A stretch of 64,000 nucleotides of DNA, taken from positions 11,842,001-11,906,000 of the forward strand of contig OZ024753.1 in NCBI GenBank assembly GCA_964016885.1, given 5' to 3'. Below the pieces are notes generated by a model. That model made no database searches. It was not told the DNA's origin and saw nothing but the letters and a program-made list of their open reading frames with translations. Positions within the stretch are counted from its first letter, which is position 1; each line of letters begins with the position of its first letter. The translations under genes and the position numbers were made by a program. Below are positions 43,971 through 59,712 of this stretch, one piece after another. Source of the stretch: Eledone cirrhosa. Its lineage: Eukaryota.

Positions 43971-45817
43971 GTGTTTTAATTATCACAAAATACTAAATAA
44001 ATAAGTGTATAATATCTTGAGGGAGATATCCGAATTAATATTTCAAGAATTTTGTTATCAAAATCAACGATTGCCTAACCTGACGTAATTAACTAGTATT
44101 ACTAAGCTACATACAGAACAGATGTTCACAGTGTTCAAATATTAAAATCAGTTCGAAAAAGGCAGAATATATTCATATATAGATTGATTATTCTGAAACA
44201 GGGAATAAATATTGCCGATGGGAAACATCATAACTACAAAGAAACATGACCGAATTTAAATAAATACGAAAAGAAATTTGTCAAATACAACCTACAGACT
44301 TTAGCTTGGACAGTTAATACATTTCACACTGGTTCTTTCTCATGAAGATAAGAATTGCGAAAACTAAATACCACAAGGCATCTTGTTATATGTTCGGCTG
44401 TTGAAGTCACACTATGACCCTACGTTGATTTGTAATATTGTCAAAGTCGATTTTGCTTGCAGACAATAATGTGAAACCAAGTGCCTATGTCAAAAATCAA
44501 TATTTTCTCCATAACTTTGAGCGATTTCAGAATATTAGAAAACGCTAGTAAAAATTGCTTTACAGCTTTTGTAGAATGCTTTTAAAAAATGTAGCTGAGT
44601 GGTAATAATCCCACTTCGCCATTCAGGAGTTTCTGAGTTCTATTCTATTGTGACATTTCTTCTTACCATTCGCGTCGTGTGGGTCGGAGCCGTCTTCTTG
44701 AAATTACGTAAGTCGAAACCGTGTGTTTGTTTTACTTTATTCGAAAAGACAGTCATTTCTCCATATCATATCAAATTGATTCAACCTAAAGAATGATTTA
44801 AGGTAGCACGTGGTTGTGTAATACTCAGTCTTTTATAGATTAAATTAACGTGAACTCTCGAGTCCCAAATACTAAAGGTTGGACATTTGTATAAATTCTT
44901 ATAAGTGGGGCGCCTGTGGAATCGTATAGTGTATGTTCGTAAATATGGGATTTCTTTTAATGTTCTTTATTTGTCATATATGTTTTTTTTTATGTAAAAT
45001 AATATAAGATTCCTCAGCTGCTGTATCAATATAAATCACTTACAATGTAATTTCGCCAGAGATTGATTACCAAAATTTAATAAGCGGGAGGGTTGAGATA
45101 AAAGCGGGGGAGAGGATCTGAGAAAATAAGTGGGGAGGAGGGAGGAGCGATTATTGAAGACCTCAGAGTAGGTAGTTCACCTGATCGAAGAGTTAGATTC
45201 TACATATTGATTCCAGAATAGGGGTCATCGAAAGGAAACCTGGAATGGAAATCGTAATGCTACCACATGGGTAAAATATATACGAGACTGAATGTGTGCC
45301 GTGTGGAAAAGAAAAACAAATTAAGAAACGTCTAGATTATCTCATTACCAAGATAGAAAACGATAACCTTAAATAAATGGAAGAGCGGTGGATTGGCAGT
45401 ATCGGTAGAGAGTCGGACACCATGTTTGGTAGTACCAGTAATGTACTGCGGTATTTGCTGGCCTTGTGTCAAAAGTATAAACAATTAAATAAATGGAAGA
45501 AAATGAAAAGAATAAAATTGACTCTGTCTTGTCAGATATTGAAGATGATCGATGGTATTGGACAACGGGTAATGAAATGTTGATGAAAGGAGGGTGAACA
45601 AAGATGACTGACAGTGGAATATATTTTGATGAAGTGCTAAAAAAATGAGTAAGATCTAGAAAGACGTGTCTGGGTCACCGTGTAGGGGAAGAAACGTTTA
45701 AGGAACATCAATATGAAATTCCATCTTGTCAAATGGCTTAGTTTTAAAAGGAGGAGGCCATGAGACGAGGAAAGGTTCACATGATTTTTCAATCAGGTAA
45801 ATACCAGCTATATAGAT

Positions 45818-46289
45818 ATCTCTCTCTCTTAATCGGTTTCTCTCTCACTTTCACTCTCTCACTCTCCATCGCTCTCTCTCCATCGCTCTCTCTCACTCTC
45901 CATCTCTCTCTCTCACTCTCCATCACTCTCTCTCTCTCACTCTCCATCACTCTCTCTCTCACTCTCCATCACTCTCTCTCTCACTCTCCATCACTCTCTC
46001 TCTCACTCTCCATCACTCTCTCACTCTCCATCACTCTCTCACTCTCCATCACTCTCTCACTCTCCATCACTCTCTCACTCTCCATCACTCTCCGTCACTC
46101 TCTCACTCTCCGTCACTCTCTCACTCATCGTCACTCTCTCACTCATCGTCACTCTCTCACTCATCGTCACTCTCTCACTCATCGTCACTCTCTCACTCAT
46201 CGTCACTCTCTCTCACTCTCCATCACTCTAACTCTCCCACTCTCCGTCACTCTCTCTCACTCTCCGTCACTCTCTCTCTCTCACTCTCC

Positions 46290-46320
<31 letters not shown>

Positions 46321-48273
46321 ACTCTCCGTCGCTCTCTCTCTCTCTCTCTCTCTCTCCCCGTCGCTCTCTCTCTCTCTCTCTCACTCTCCGTCGCTCTCCC
46401 TCACTCTCCGCCGCTCTCTCTCACTCTCCGCCGCTCTCTCTCTCACTCTCCGTTGCTCTCTCACTCTCCGTCGCTCACTCTCCGTCGCTCTCTCTCCGTC
46501 GCTCTCTTTCCGTCGCTCTCTTTCCGTCGCTCTCTCTCCGTCGCTCTCTCTCCGTCGCTCTTTCTCCGTCGCTCTCTCTCCGTCGCTCTCTCTCCGTGGC
46601 TCTTTCCGTCGCTCTCTTTCCGTCGCTCTCTTTCCGTCGCTCTCTTTCCGTCGCTCTCTTTCCGTCGCTCTCTCTCCGTCGCTCTCTCTCCGTCGCTCTC
46701 TCTCCGTCGCTCTCTCTCCACCACTCTCTCTCCACCACTCTCTCTCCACCACTCTCTCTCCACCACTCTCTCTCCACCACTCTCTCTCCACCACTCTCTC
46801 TCCACCACTCTCTCTCCACCACTCTCTCTCCACCACTCTCTCTCCACCACTCTCTCTCCACCACTCTCTCTCTCTCGCTCTCCACCACTCCCTCTCTCGC
46901 TCTCCACTACTCTCCGCCGCTCTCTCTCTCTCTCTCCGTCGCTCTCTCTCTCTCTCTCCGTCGCTCTCTCTCTCTCTCTCCGTCGCTCTCTCACTCCGTC
47001 GCTCTCTCACGCTCCATCACCCTCTCCCTCACTCTCTCACGCTCCATCACCCTCTCCCTCACTCTCTCACGCTCCATCACCCTCTCCCTCACTCTCCCTC
47101 ACTCTCTCTCTCACTCTCTCTCTCACTCTCTCCCTCACTCTCTCTCACTCTCCACCCTCCCTCTTGCTCTCCATCACTCTCCCTATCGCTCTCATACTTT
47201 CTCACCTCTCATTATAGCTCTCTCTCATTATAGCTCTCTCTCATTATAGCTCTCTCTCATTATAGCTCTCTCTCTCGCTCTCCAGGTCTCTCTCACTCTC
47301 CATGTCTTTCTCTCTCTCACTCTCTGTCTTTCTCTCTCTCACTCTCTGTCTTTCTCTCTCTCACTCTCTGTCTTTCTCTCTCTCACTCTCCATGTCTTTC
47401 TCTCTGTCTCTCACTGTATCTCTCTCTCACTCTCCATATTTTTCTCTCCCTCTCTCTCTCTCTCCATGTCTCTCTCCCACTCTCCATGTCTCCCTCCGCC
47501 TCTCTCTCTCCCCCTCTCCACGTCTCTCTCCCCCCTCTCAACGTCCCTCTCCCCCCTCACCACGTCTCTCTCCCCCTCACCACGTCTTTCTCCACGTCTT
47601 TCTCCACGTCTTTCTCCACGTCTTTCTCCACGTCTTTCTCCACGTCTTTCTCCACGTCTTTCTCCACGTCTTTCTCCACGTCTTTCTCCACGTCTTTCTC
47701 CACGTCTTTCTCCACGTCTTTCTCCACGTCTTTCTCCGCCTTTCTCCACGTCTTTCTCCACGCTTTTCTCCACGTCTTTCTCCACGTCTTTCCCCACGTC
47801 TCTCTCCCCCTCTCCTTCCACGGCTCTCTCCCCCTCTCCACGTCCCTCTCTCCCTCTCTCCACGTCTCTCTCTCCCTCCCCACGTCTCTCTCTCCCCACT
47901 CCACGTCTCTCTCCCCCCACTCCACGTCTCTCTCCCCCCACTCCACGTCTCTCTCCCCCCTCTCCACGTCTCTCTCCCCCCTCTCCACGACTCTCTCCCC
48001 CTCTCCTCGTCTCTCTCCCCCTCTCCTCGTCTCTCTCCCCCTCTCCTCGTCTCTCTCCCCCTCTCCTCGTCTCTCTCCGCGTCTCTGTCCCCCTCTCTGC
48101 GTCTCTCTCCCCCTCTCCGCGTCTCTTCCCCCTCTCCGCGTCTCTCTCCCCCTCTCCGCGTCTCTCTCCCCCTCTCCGCGTCTCTCTCCCCCTCTCCGCG
48201 TCTCTCTCCCCCTCTCCTCGTCTATCTCCCTTTCTCTCTCTCTCCACGTCTCTCTCTCTCTCTCTCTCACCAC

Positions 48274-48322
<49 letters not shown>

Positions 48323-48660
48323 ATTCTCTTTGAAATTTTCGCATACCGTCTTTAGAAAATATAAGGGAGATATTAAATGCTCGCCACCGTCTTTTGTTTG
48401 GTATGTGGTGTGGCTGGTAGGTGGTGTGGCTGGTGTGTGGTGTAGTTGGTGTGTGGTGTGGTTGGTGTGTGGTGTGGTTGGTTGGTGGTATGTGTGTGTG
48501 TGGTCTGTGTGGTGTGTGTGGTGTGGTTGGTTGGTGGTATGTGTGTGGTTGGTGGTATGTGTGTGTGTGTGTGTGTGGTCTGGTTAGTGTGTGGTCTGTG
48601 TGGTGTGGCTGGTGTGTGGTGGTAGGTGGTGTGGTTGGTATGTGGTGTGGCTGGTAGGTG
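45818..48660. repeat. pyrimidine-rich compound minisatellite followed by a GT-rich tract
   Basis: Units ccatcactct, ccgtcgctct, ccaccactct and 12-bp tccacgtctttc; gtgtgg tract at 48400-48660. Confidence 0.95.
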
Positions 48661-49586
48661 TTTTTATGTAACTTGGGTGCGTGTGTTGGGTTTTCCTTTG
48701 ATTTTTACATCGTATGTGTCCTATTCTGTCTTCAGTTGATAGGTTGAGGTGAATCAATTAATAATAGCATGACCAACACGGTCACATGACACGCACATAC
48801 ACACACATGAACCCCCACATACACACATACGCACAAACGAGAACACGCACGCGCACGCACGCACACACACACACGTGCACGCACACACCCACGCACACAG
48901 GCACACATGCACGCACACGCACATAGACGCAAACACATGCACACAGAGGGAATTGTACAACGGAAAGACGAGATTGGGTAAACAAAATAAGACTAGAAAA
49001 AAAGGCGCAAAGCAAGAGAAATAGTCATTAAAGAGGTCTCTAATAACTAATAAAGTAGAATTGAAAAGGAAATAGAGCGTGAGGTTTTTACTGGTAATAT
49101 TGGCAAACGGAACATCCCCAGATATAACTGATTCAACACATGATTTCACATAAGGAATCTTGCAAAACAAATACATAAACTTGTCACACAGGAATAAACA
49201 TTTTTATTTTGAAACCTCGTTCCTTCTGCATATTCTTCTTCTACTTTTTCCTTTTTCCTTTTCTTCTTCATCATGAAGAAACCGTCAGACATATTTATGT
49301 GTGTGTGTATATATATACATACACACACACACGCATATATATACATATACATATATACATACACGCATATAAAGAAAAAAAAGATGAAATCGGAAATGCA
49401 ACTGGAGTCTTATTTTTTTTAAAATATATTTATTTGGTTCCTTTATCGGTTTCGCAGTTCTGCTTTTCAAAATATATTTTAAAAAAATAAGACTCCAGTT
49501 GCATTTTCGATTTCATCTTTTTTTCTTTATACTTTCACTCGTGTAGGACGCCTCGGTTATTTTTCATCTTGTAAAAAAAACCTCAC

Positions 49587-49628
<42 letters not shown>

Positions 49629-50067
49629 GAAAATATAGAAATTATTGTGAGCAAGAAGCCAACAGTATTTCATAATATATAAGTGACTATAACGTCAAAA
49701 TGGAAAATAATTAACGTAAGATATGTGAAAATAATTCAAACTCAATTAAAAAAAAAAAAATCAAGACAGAGATTTTATCCACAGATTTTGTGAAATCCAG
49801 GGAAAAACCAATCGAGTCTTAACTCAGAATCAAATAAAGCTTAAATACTCATCCTTCAATTTGGCAAAACTACAAATGCTCTATATAGTCTACAAATGCT
49901 CTCTCTCTATATATATATTTCGTTTCTGAATTTGTTTAGCAAGATTCTTTATCTGAAAACGTGTGTTGAAACCGATATTGTTATACTTTAGGAGGGTCAT
50001 GTTGCCAATAAGAAACACACACACACCAATTGCTTTCACTCCAATTTATTATAAATTAAATTTATAA

Positions 50068-50072
50068 AAGTA

Positions 50073-50114
<42 letters not shown>

Positions 50115-50468
50115 TAAGTATAACTATATATATATATATATAATTATAAGTATAACTATATATATATATAATTATAAGTATAACTATATATATAATTATA
50201 AGTATAACTATATATATATATAATTATAAGTATAACTATATATATATATATATATATATAATTATAAGTATAACTATATAATTATAAGTATAACTATATA
50301 TATATATATATAATTATAAGTATAACTATATATATATATAATTATAAGTATAACTATATATATATATATATATATAAGTATAACTATATATATATATATA
50401 TATATAAGTATAACTATATATATAATTATAAGTATAACTATATATATATATATAACTATAAGTATAAC

Positions 50469-50500
<32 letters not shown>

Positions 50501-50545
50501 TAGTTATACTCTATATATATATAGTTATACTTTAGTTATACTTAT
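50068..50545. repeat. minisatellite attataagtataac(ta)n with inverted terminal units
   Basis: Direct reading. Confidence 0.85.
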
Positions 50546-50570
50546 CGTTTAGCCTTCTATCATTTTCAAC

Positions 50571-50618
<48 letters not shown>

Positions 50619-50623
50619 TGTAT

Positions 50624-52345
50624 AACGTTGAAAATGATAGAAGGCTAAACAATGCAAAATGGATGTAAGGGGATATAACGAAAAGTAAAATTTACTTGGT
50701 AATCTTTGTCTTGTATTTGTTTTTGTTGTTCTTTTATCTGTCCCACATTTCTGGACCTAAAAGTCCTTTCGTGAGCGTTTAAGGAACTTTCAGTAGATAA
50801 CATTCCAATTTCCTCTCTTTGGCATTAAATCTCTTTGGCATTAAATTTTGATTTAAATTTTTTCTAATTCGTTTCAAGCGTTTTTTGATGATTACTTCGC
50901 TTTCCACGTGAATGACGTCAATTGTCAATGTAGTATTTTGCGAAATCAATTTTCTTTTTTATGTGCGAAGTTTAGTTTGTGTGCCTGTGGGTGAGTCTTT
51001 TAATGTCAAGTACTGTGTGCTGAGTTCTAATCTATCATTTAATTGCGGGTTGAGTCTACGTATGAGCAAGGCTTCCTTCGGGTTGAGTCTACGTATGAGC
51101 AAGGCTTCCTTAATTCTTAAGTTTCCCACATTTCTATCACTGGCTTTAATGGTAACAGTAATATGTTGGTTGATGTTTCTACATTTGTCAATGTGTTTTT
51201 TGAATGAAGATGCGTGTGTGTTGAGGTGTTCTTTAATGCGAGTGTGGAGTGCTGGAGTCGTGATACTAACGTAGAATTCCTTACAATCTTTGCAATCCGG
51301 TTTGCCACATGGGTCGGCTGGCACGTACATCATGTATCGCGGATAGGGCCGTTAGTAAGCGAGCATTGATTGTAGTTGTATCTGCATTGCTTTTTAGACA
51401 GCTATTCACGCAGTGAAGGGCTGGAGTGTGTTAGTTGTATGTCCAGTCCTTTCTTTGTGGATAGCTCTGCGGATAGCTGTGGGTATGATCTCGCTGAAAT
51501 GTGGTTATTTCATGAAGCAGGTGTTATTATTAGGGTGTTAGAGGAGGTCTTATGCCTGCGGCGCCTTCGATTCTTAAGTAGATTCACTGTGGATGTCAGG
51601 TATACGTTCGTTTTCAATACATCTATGAAGTGCAGTGTGGGTGATCTGGTCCCCTGTCTTGCATACGCGTAAGTTCATTTCTAATGTACCCGGTTTTATC
51701 ACCAAGGGGAAGGGCTGATCTATAATGCGCAAACAGGTCTATGCTGGCAGCTTTGCTATAGAAGTTGATGTAAATAGTACATTCTTCTGTTACTCTAAGC
51801 TGGCAGTCCAGCAGAGACAGGGAACCTTTTAAATCGGGATGTTCTGTGGTAAATCGTATGTTGTTATCTGGTTGAAAATGCCGTAGATATTAATTCGAAC
51901 TCATCACGGGATGATGTGAGGCTGAGTATATCATCTATGTCTAGGGCGAAGAAAAGACAGGAACGGCAGGTGTTAAGCGCTCGACGTTCCAGTTGGTTCA
52001 TATAGGTGATGGCTATAAGGCCTGAAAGATTGGACCCCACGGGTAGGCCTGTTGTTTGTTTGTATGTGTCCTGGTAGAAAGTGAAATATGTATTTTCTAC
52101 GATGACGGATAGAAGCTGATGTAAGTCTTTTGGAGTAAGGTGGAAGCAATATATGTTGTACGAAATGATGCAGGCAGTCACTAGGCAGTCACTAGGTTGA
52201 GCGATGGGTGACTTTTAGGTCCCGAATTATTGAACAGATAAAAGAACAACAAAAAGATTACCAGGTAACTTACTTTTCGTTACCTCATCTTACACTCCAT
52301 TTTGCATTGTTTAGCCTTCTTTCTCTTTCAACATTATATATTATA
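50624..52345 (-). mobile_element. degenerate PLE related to the 2937-4135 element, with an inverted 5' pseudo-LTR
   Basis: ENTYFTFYQDTYKQTTGLPVGS..DIDDIL (51864-52181); CKDCKEFYV..LHTRIKEHLN..KEALLI (50959-51333); 52208-52340(+) is a diverged inverse of 50625-50768. Confidence 0.85.
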
Positions 52346-52374
52346 TACAATGCTTCAAGAAAAACTAAATTTTA

Positions 52375-52449
52375 TTATATATATATATGTGTGTGTATGA
52401 ATGTATATGTGTGTGTGTATATTTATATGTATAAATGTATGTGTGTATA

Positions 52450-52484
<35 letters not shown>

Positions 52485-55400
52485 ATATATATGTGTGTGT
52501 GTATATATGTATGTCTGTGTATATGTTTGTATATATACATGTACATGTGCGTGTGTATATATATATGTGTATATGTGTGTATATATATGTGTATATATAT
52601 ATGTGTATATGTGTGTGTATATATATGTTTATATGTGTGTGTATATATACATGTACATGTGTGTGTGTATATATATATATATATGTATGTGTATGTATGT
52701 GTATGTATGTGTATATATATGTATATATATATATGTGTATATATATGTATATATATGTGTATATATATGTATATATATGTGTATATATATGTATATATAT
52801 GTGTATATATATGTGTATATATGTGTATATATATGTGTATATATATGTATATATATGTGTATATATATGTGTATATATGTGTATATATATGTGTATATGT
52901 ATATATATGTGTATATATATGTATATATATGTATATATATGTATGTGTATATATATGTATATGTATGTGTATATATATGTGTATATATATGTATATATAT
53001 ATGTGTATATATATGTGTATATATATGTATATATATATGTGTATATATATGTGTATATATATGTATATATATATGTGTATATATATGTGTATATATATGT
53101 GTATATATATGTGTATATATATGTGTATATATATGTGTATATATATGTGTATATATATGTGTATATATATGTGTATATATATGTGTATATATATGTGTAT
53201 ATATATGTGTATATATATGTGTATTTATAAATGTATATATATGTGTATATATATATGTGTATATATATATGTGTATATATGTGTATATGTATATATATAT
53301 ATGTGTATATGTATATATATATATGTGTATATGTATATATATATATGTGTATATGTATATATATATATATGTGTATATGTATATATATATATATGTGTAT
53401 ATGTATATATATATATATGTGTATATGTATATATATATATATGTGTATATGTATATATATATATATGTGTATATGTATATATATATATGTGTATATGTAT
53501 ATATATATATGTGTATATGTATATATATATATGTGTATATGTATATATATATATGTGTATATGTATATATATATATGTGTATATGTATATATATATATGT
53601 GTATATGTATATATATATATGTGTATATGTATATATATATATGTGTATATGTATATATATATATGTGTATATGTATATATATATATGTGTATATGTATAT
53701 ATATATGTGTATATGTATATATATATATGTGTATATGTATATATATATGTGTATATGTATATATATATATGTGTATATGTATATATATATATGTGTATAT
53801 GTATATATATATATGTGTATATGTATATATATATATGTGTATATGTATATATATATATGTGTATATGTATATATATATATGTGTATATGTATATATATAT
53901 ATGTGTATATGTATATATATATATGTGTATATGTATATATATATATGTGTATATGTATATATATATATGTGTATATGTATATGTGTATATATATATGTAT
54001 ATATATATATGTGTATATATATATGTGTATATATATATGTGTATATATATATGTGTATATATATATGTGTGTATATATATGTGTGTATATATATGTGTGT
54101 ATATATATGTGTGTATATATATATGTGTATATATATATGTGTATATATATATGTGTATATATATGTGTATATATATATGTGTATATGTATGTGTATATAT
54201 GTGTATATATATGTGTATGTGTATATGTATATATATGTGTATATGTATATATATGTGTATATATATGTGTATATATATGTGTATATATATGTGTATATGT
54301 ATGTATATATATGTGTATATGTATGTATATATATGTGTATATGTATATGTATATGTATATATATGTGTATATGTATATATATGTGTATGTGTATATGTAT
54401 ATATATGTGTATGTATATATGTATATATGTGTAGATGTATATGTGTATATGTGTATATATATATATATGTGTATATGTATATATATATATATATATGTGT
54501 ATATGTATATATATATATGTGTATATATATATATGTGTGTATATATATATATATATGTGTGTATATATATATATGTGTGTATATATATATATATATGTGT
54601 ATATGTATATATATATGTGTATATGTGTATATGTATATATATATGTGTGTATATATATGTGTATATGTATATATATATATGTGTATATATATGTGTATAT
54701 GTATATATATATGTGTGTATATATATATATATGTGTATATGTGTATATGTATATATATATGTGTATATATATATATATATGTGTATATATATATATATGT
54801 GTATATGTATGTATATATATGTGTATATGTATGTATATATATGTGTATATGTATGTATATGTATGTATATATATGTGTATATGTATGTATATATATGTGT
54901 ATATGTATGTATATATATGTGTATATGTATGTATATATATGTGTATATGTGTATATGTATGTATATATGTGTATATGTATGTATATATGTGTATATGTAT
55001 GTATATGTGTATATGTATGTATATGTGTATATGTATGTATATATATGTGTATATGTATGTATATATGTGTATATGTATGTATATATATGTGTATATGTAT
55101 GTATATATATGTGTATATGTATATATATATGTGTATATGTATATATATATGTGTATATGTATATATATATGTGTATATGTATATATATATGTGTATATGT
55201 ATATATATATGTGTATATGTATATATGTGTATATGTATGTATATATGTGTATATGTATATATATATATGTGTATATATGTATGTGTATATATATATGTAT
55301 GTGTATATGTATATATGTATATATATATATGTGTATATGTATATATGTATATATATATATGTGTATATGTATATATGTATATATATATATGTGTATATGT

Positions 55401-55600
55401 ATATATGTATATATATATGTGTATATGTATATATGTATATATATATATGTGTATATGTATATATATATATGTGTATATGTATATATGTATATATATATAT
55501 GGATATATATGTATATATGTATATATATATATGGATATGTATGTATATATATGGATATATATGTATATATGTATGTATATATATATGTGTATATATGTAA
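52375..55600. repeat. (TA)n / TGTA compound microsatellite
   Basis: Direct reading. Confidence 0.95.
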
Positions 55601-56199
55601 CTGACTGAGAGAACAATAATCGTATGTTTATTAAAACTATTTACGGTTTATATATTTCATATTGATAGAATCTAAAAAAAAAAAAGAAACTTAAAGAGAA
55701 GGAATAATTTATTGTATTTGTTTGCCAAATTTTGCCTCCAGTACTGAATGCTCTACGTTTTTATTCATATTCTGTAATAATTTCAGACACACACATTTGC
55801 AAACTTAATCAAACTAACGTACAATTCAGTCTTCACATATCTTCACAAACAAACGTACAAGCATATACGCACACTCATATACTTAGAAATAAACGCCCCC
55901 TCTCGCGTACGCGGCAACACACCTTTTCACATAGAGACTCGCCTTCTCATAAACTTAGGCTTTACCATGTATTGCGTACATATACAACCATACAAGCCCA
56001 ATCACGAACACAGCCGTAGTTGCACGTTCGTGCAACGGCGGTTTTGCGGACTACATTGGTAATGGAAAAATGAAAGATATTGTCGGGCATTTTGTGTGTT
56101 AGGGTAGTCTCTATGTAATTGGGATTCTTGTCTTTTCCTCTAAAGTTCTAATGAGTGTGCACGGAAGACAAAACAACTCATGTTATATATACAATAAAG

Positions 56200-56412
56200 C
56201 AGGCATATCAAACCGAGCCCCCCCCCCCCCCCCGAACCACATGGGTCACATTTATGTTGTCTGAGGGCCACGCACAAGTAATTGCGCACATTACGACTAA
56301 TTATTTACATTTTATATTACGAAGATAAACCATGCTCGCGCTGTAAAAACATTTGTGCAGGCCGCAGATTTGTTTGTAATGCGGCTTGCGGGCTGCCTGT
56401 TTGCAATGCCTG
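56200..56412. mobile_element. hAT-type MITE (family 2)
   Basis: Ends caggcatatcaaac / gtttgcaatgcctg; 8-bp TSD caataaag / caatagag. Confidence 0.85.
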
Positions 56413-56674
56413 CAATAGAGGGCATATTCCAGAAGCCGGGAATCAGGAATTTATCGCTAATAATTGGAGTTCATCCATTCTGCCATCTAACGACACGGAA
56501 TAAATCAATGTTTATGTATGTATCTATGTATTGACCCGTAACTCCTGAGCGATTCGTATGGGCGTCATAATGAAATATAGCGTTTTTAGGTCATATTAAT
56601 ACCTCCTTGAGGACATCTGCTCTCCTGGGAAGGACAGTGAGTGAGAGTATAGAATTGAAAAAGATATAGTGGAA

Positions 56675-56835
56675 GGATCGATCCCAGTCCTAGACTGATA
56701 CTTTTTTTATCGACCTTAGATGGATGAAAATCAAAGTTTACCTCAGTAGGATTTGAACTCAGAGAGCAGAGAGTTTGAATGACTGTTGCAAAGCATTCTA
56801 TCCAACGTTCTAACGAGTCTACCAATTCACCGCAC
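56675..56835 (-). mobile_element. tRNA-derived SINE
   Basis: Related to 17945-18108. Confidence 0.7.
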
Positions 56836-57082
56836 AATATCAATTTCTACCAATGGTCCAATTATTGCACTCAATCTATGGTACAATTTATAATGAAATT
56901 AGAGGCACAATGATCAGGGTATCTGGAATTAGCCAGATCAGTGAACCCAAGCATCTAATACTGCATACAGGAATCGCAAACACAAGGTTTTAAAAACCTT
57001 TGCTAGGTACAAACCACTACCTCCCTACTAACTGACGCTGCACACCAGCTCCGAACACGGAATACCAGAATTTCCACTGCCA

Positions 57083-57335
57083 TCACCTCCATCTCTCTCT
57101 ATTATGAGCAAATGGGGTCCAACGTGCTGGCCGCCCCATGGCCCCGGTGGACAGAATGGATAAGGCGTTCCCACGGAGGATGGTCAGGGTGATGAGTTGG
57201 AAGAGCCATTCCATCTCGCGAAGTTCATACCTCCGCCTAACCCGCTCACCGCCTATGGTGGTAAGTAGGGAAGTGACCCTAGGGTCAAGGAAACCAGAAG
57301 TCTCCACTGCTAGTGGCACGACCGCAAACCTGTGG
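57083..57335 (-). pseudogene. C-terminal restriction-like endonuclease fragment of a CRE-like non-LTR retrotransposon
   Basis: FAVVPLAVETSG..TSLLTTIG..REMEWLFQLITLTILRGNALSIL matches the recalled F.P...ET.G / QR.S....RGNA pattern. Confidence 0.7.
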
Positions 57336-57409
57336 GAGAGCGACCGAGGTTGAATCTAAAATGTGAGAACTTACCAAAAACACCGCCAGAGCAATGTTAA
57401 ATATAATAG

Positions 57410-57590
57410 TTGTTTCGACATTTGGCACAAGGCCAGCAATTATCCTAGTGCCTTACTGCTACTTTAATTTACCTACCAAATAAGGATGACAGGCAATGTT
57501 AAGCTCCGCTGGAATTGAAATGAGAACATAAAGGGGAGTAACTCTATTCTACAAAACATGGCACCCGACTCTCTATGGATCCGGTCAGCC
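57410..57590 (-). mobile_element. decayed SINE
   Basis: tttggcacaaggccagcaat..taaggatgacaggcaatgttaa. Confidence 0.65.
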
Positions 57591-57949
57591 CAAATGTAAT
57601 AGTAAAATAGAGAGTACATTCCATCATCAGAATAATTGTAAGATAAATTCATTTAACGACATGGGGAAATCAACAGGAAAACACACCTAATTTATAACAT
57701 TTAATATATTACACTTCTGCCTACAATGAAATCTTGGTGTTGTAAAGAATCACAATAGTTAACTTCATAGATGTAATATTGCGTAAGAAAGTATTTGTAG
57801 AAAAATCGCTTCCTAACAATTGATTGTAGTACAAGAGAATTTACAAATCTGATAATGAGTGGTTTCTGTCGAATAGGAATTTGTCTGCGAGTATGTTCAT
57901 AGGGATATATATATATAGGCTCCTACATTTATATACAGATAAACACATA

Positions 57950-58191
57950 CATATATGTATATATATGTATATATATATATAGTATATTACATATATATAT
58001 ATACATATTGTATATTATATATATATATATATATATATTGTATATTATATATATATATATTGTATATTATATTATATATATATATATTGTATATTATATA
58101 TATATTGTATATTACATATATATATATATATATATTGTATATTACATATATATATATACATATTGTATATTACATATATATATACATATTG

Positions 58192-58228
<37 letters not shown>

Positions 58229-59712
58229 ATATTATATATATATATATTGTATATTATATATATATATATTGTATATTATATATAAATATTGTATATTATA
58301 TATAAATATTGTATATTATATTATATATATATATATTGTATATTATATATATATATATATATATATTTTATATTATATATATATATTGTATATTATATAT
58401 AAATATTGTATATTATATATATATATTGTATATTATATATAAATATTGTATATTATATATATATATTGTATATTATATATATATATTGTATATTATATAT
58501 ATATATTGTATATTATATTATATATATATATATTGTATATTATATATATATATTGTATATTATATATATATATTGTATATTATATATATATATTGTATAT
58601 TATATTATATATATATATATTGTATATTATATATATATATATATATATTGTATATTATATATATATATTGTATATTATATATATATATTGTATATTATAT
58701 ATATATATTGTATATTATATATATATATTGTATATTATATATATATATTGTATATTATATATATATATTGTATATTATATATATATATTGTATATTACAT
58801 ATATATATTGTATATTACATATATATATATATTGTATATTACATATATCTATATATATACAATATATATATATATATTTTATATTATATATATGATATAC
58901 AATATATATATATATATATATTGTATATTATATATGATATACAATATATATATATATATATATATATTGTATATTATATATGATATACAATGTATATATA
59001 TATATATATATATTGTATATTATATATATATTGTATATTATATATATATTGTATATTATATATATATATTGTATATTATATATATATGTATATTGTATAT
59101 TATATATATATATTGTATATTATATATATATATATATGGTATATTATATTATATATATTTTATATTATATATATATGTATATTGTATATTATATATATAT
59201 ATTGTATATTATATATATATATTGTATATTATATATATTATATTATATATGGTATATTATATTATATATATATATATTGTATATTATATATATATATTGT
59301 ATATTATATATATATATATATATATGGTATATTATATTATATATGGTATATTATATTATATATATATATATTGTATATTATATATATATATTGTATATTA
59401 TATATATATATTGTATATTATATATATATATTGTATATTATATATATATATATTGTATATTATATATATTTTGTATATTATATATATATTGTATATTGTA
59501 TATTATATATATATTGTATATTGTATATTATATATATTGTATATTGTATATTATATATATTGTATATTGTATATTATATATATATTGTATATTGTATATT
59601 ATATATATATTGTATATTGTATATTATATATATATTGTATATTATATATATATATATAATATACAATATATATATATATAATATACAATATATATATATA
59701 TAATATATTTAA
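57950..59712. repeat. TATTG / (TA)n minisatellite
   Basis: Direct reading. Confidence 0.95.

Noticed and set aside
45760-48587. Ser/Leu/Pro- and Arg/Glu-rich ORFs, also at 9034-10279
   Set aside because: They are translations of CT/GA simple repeats.
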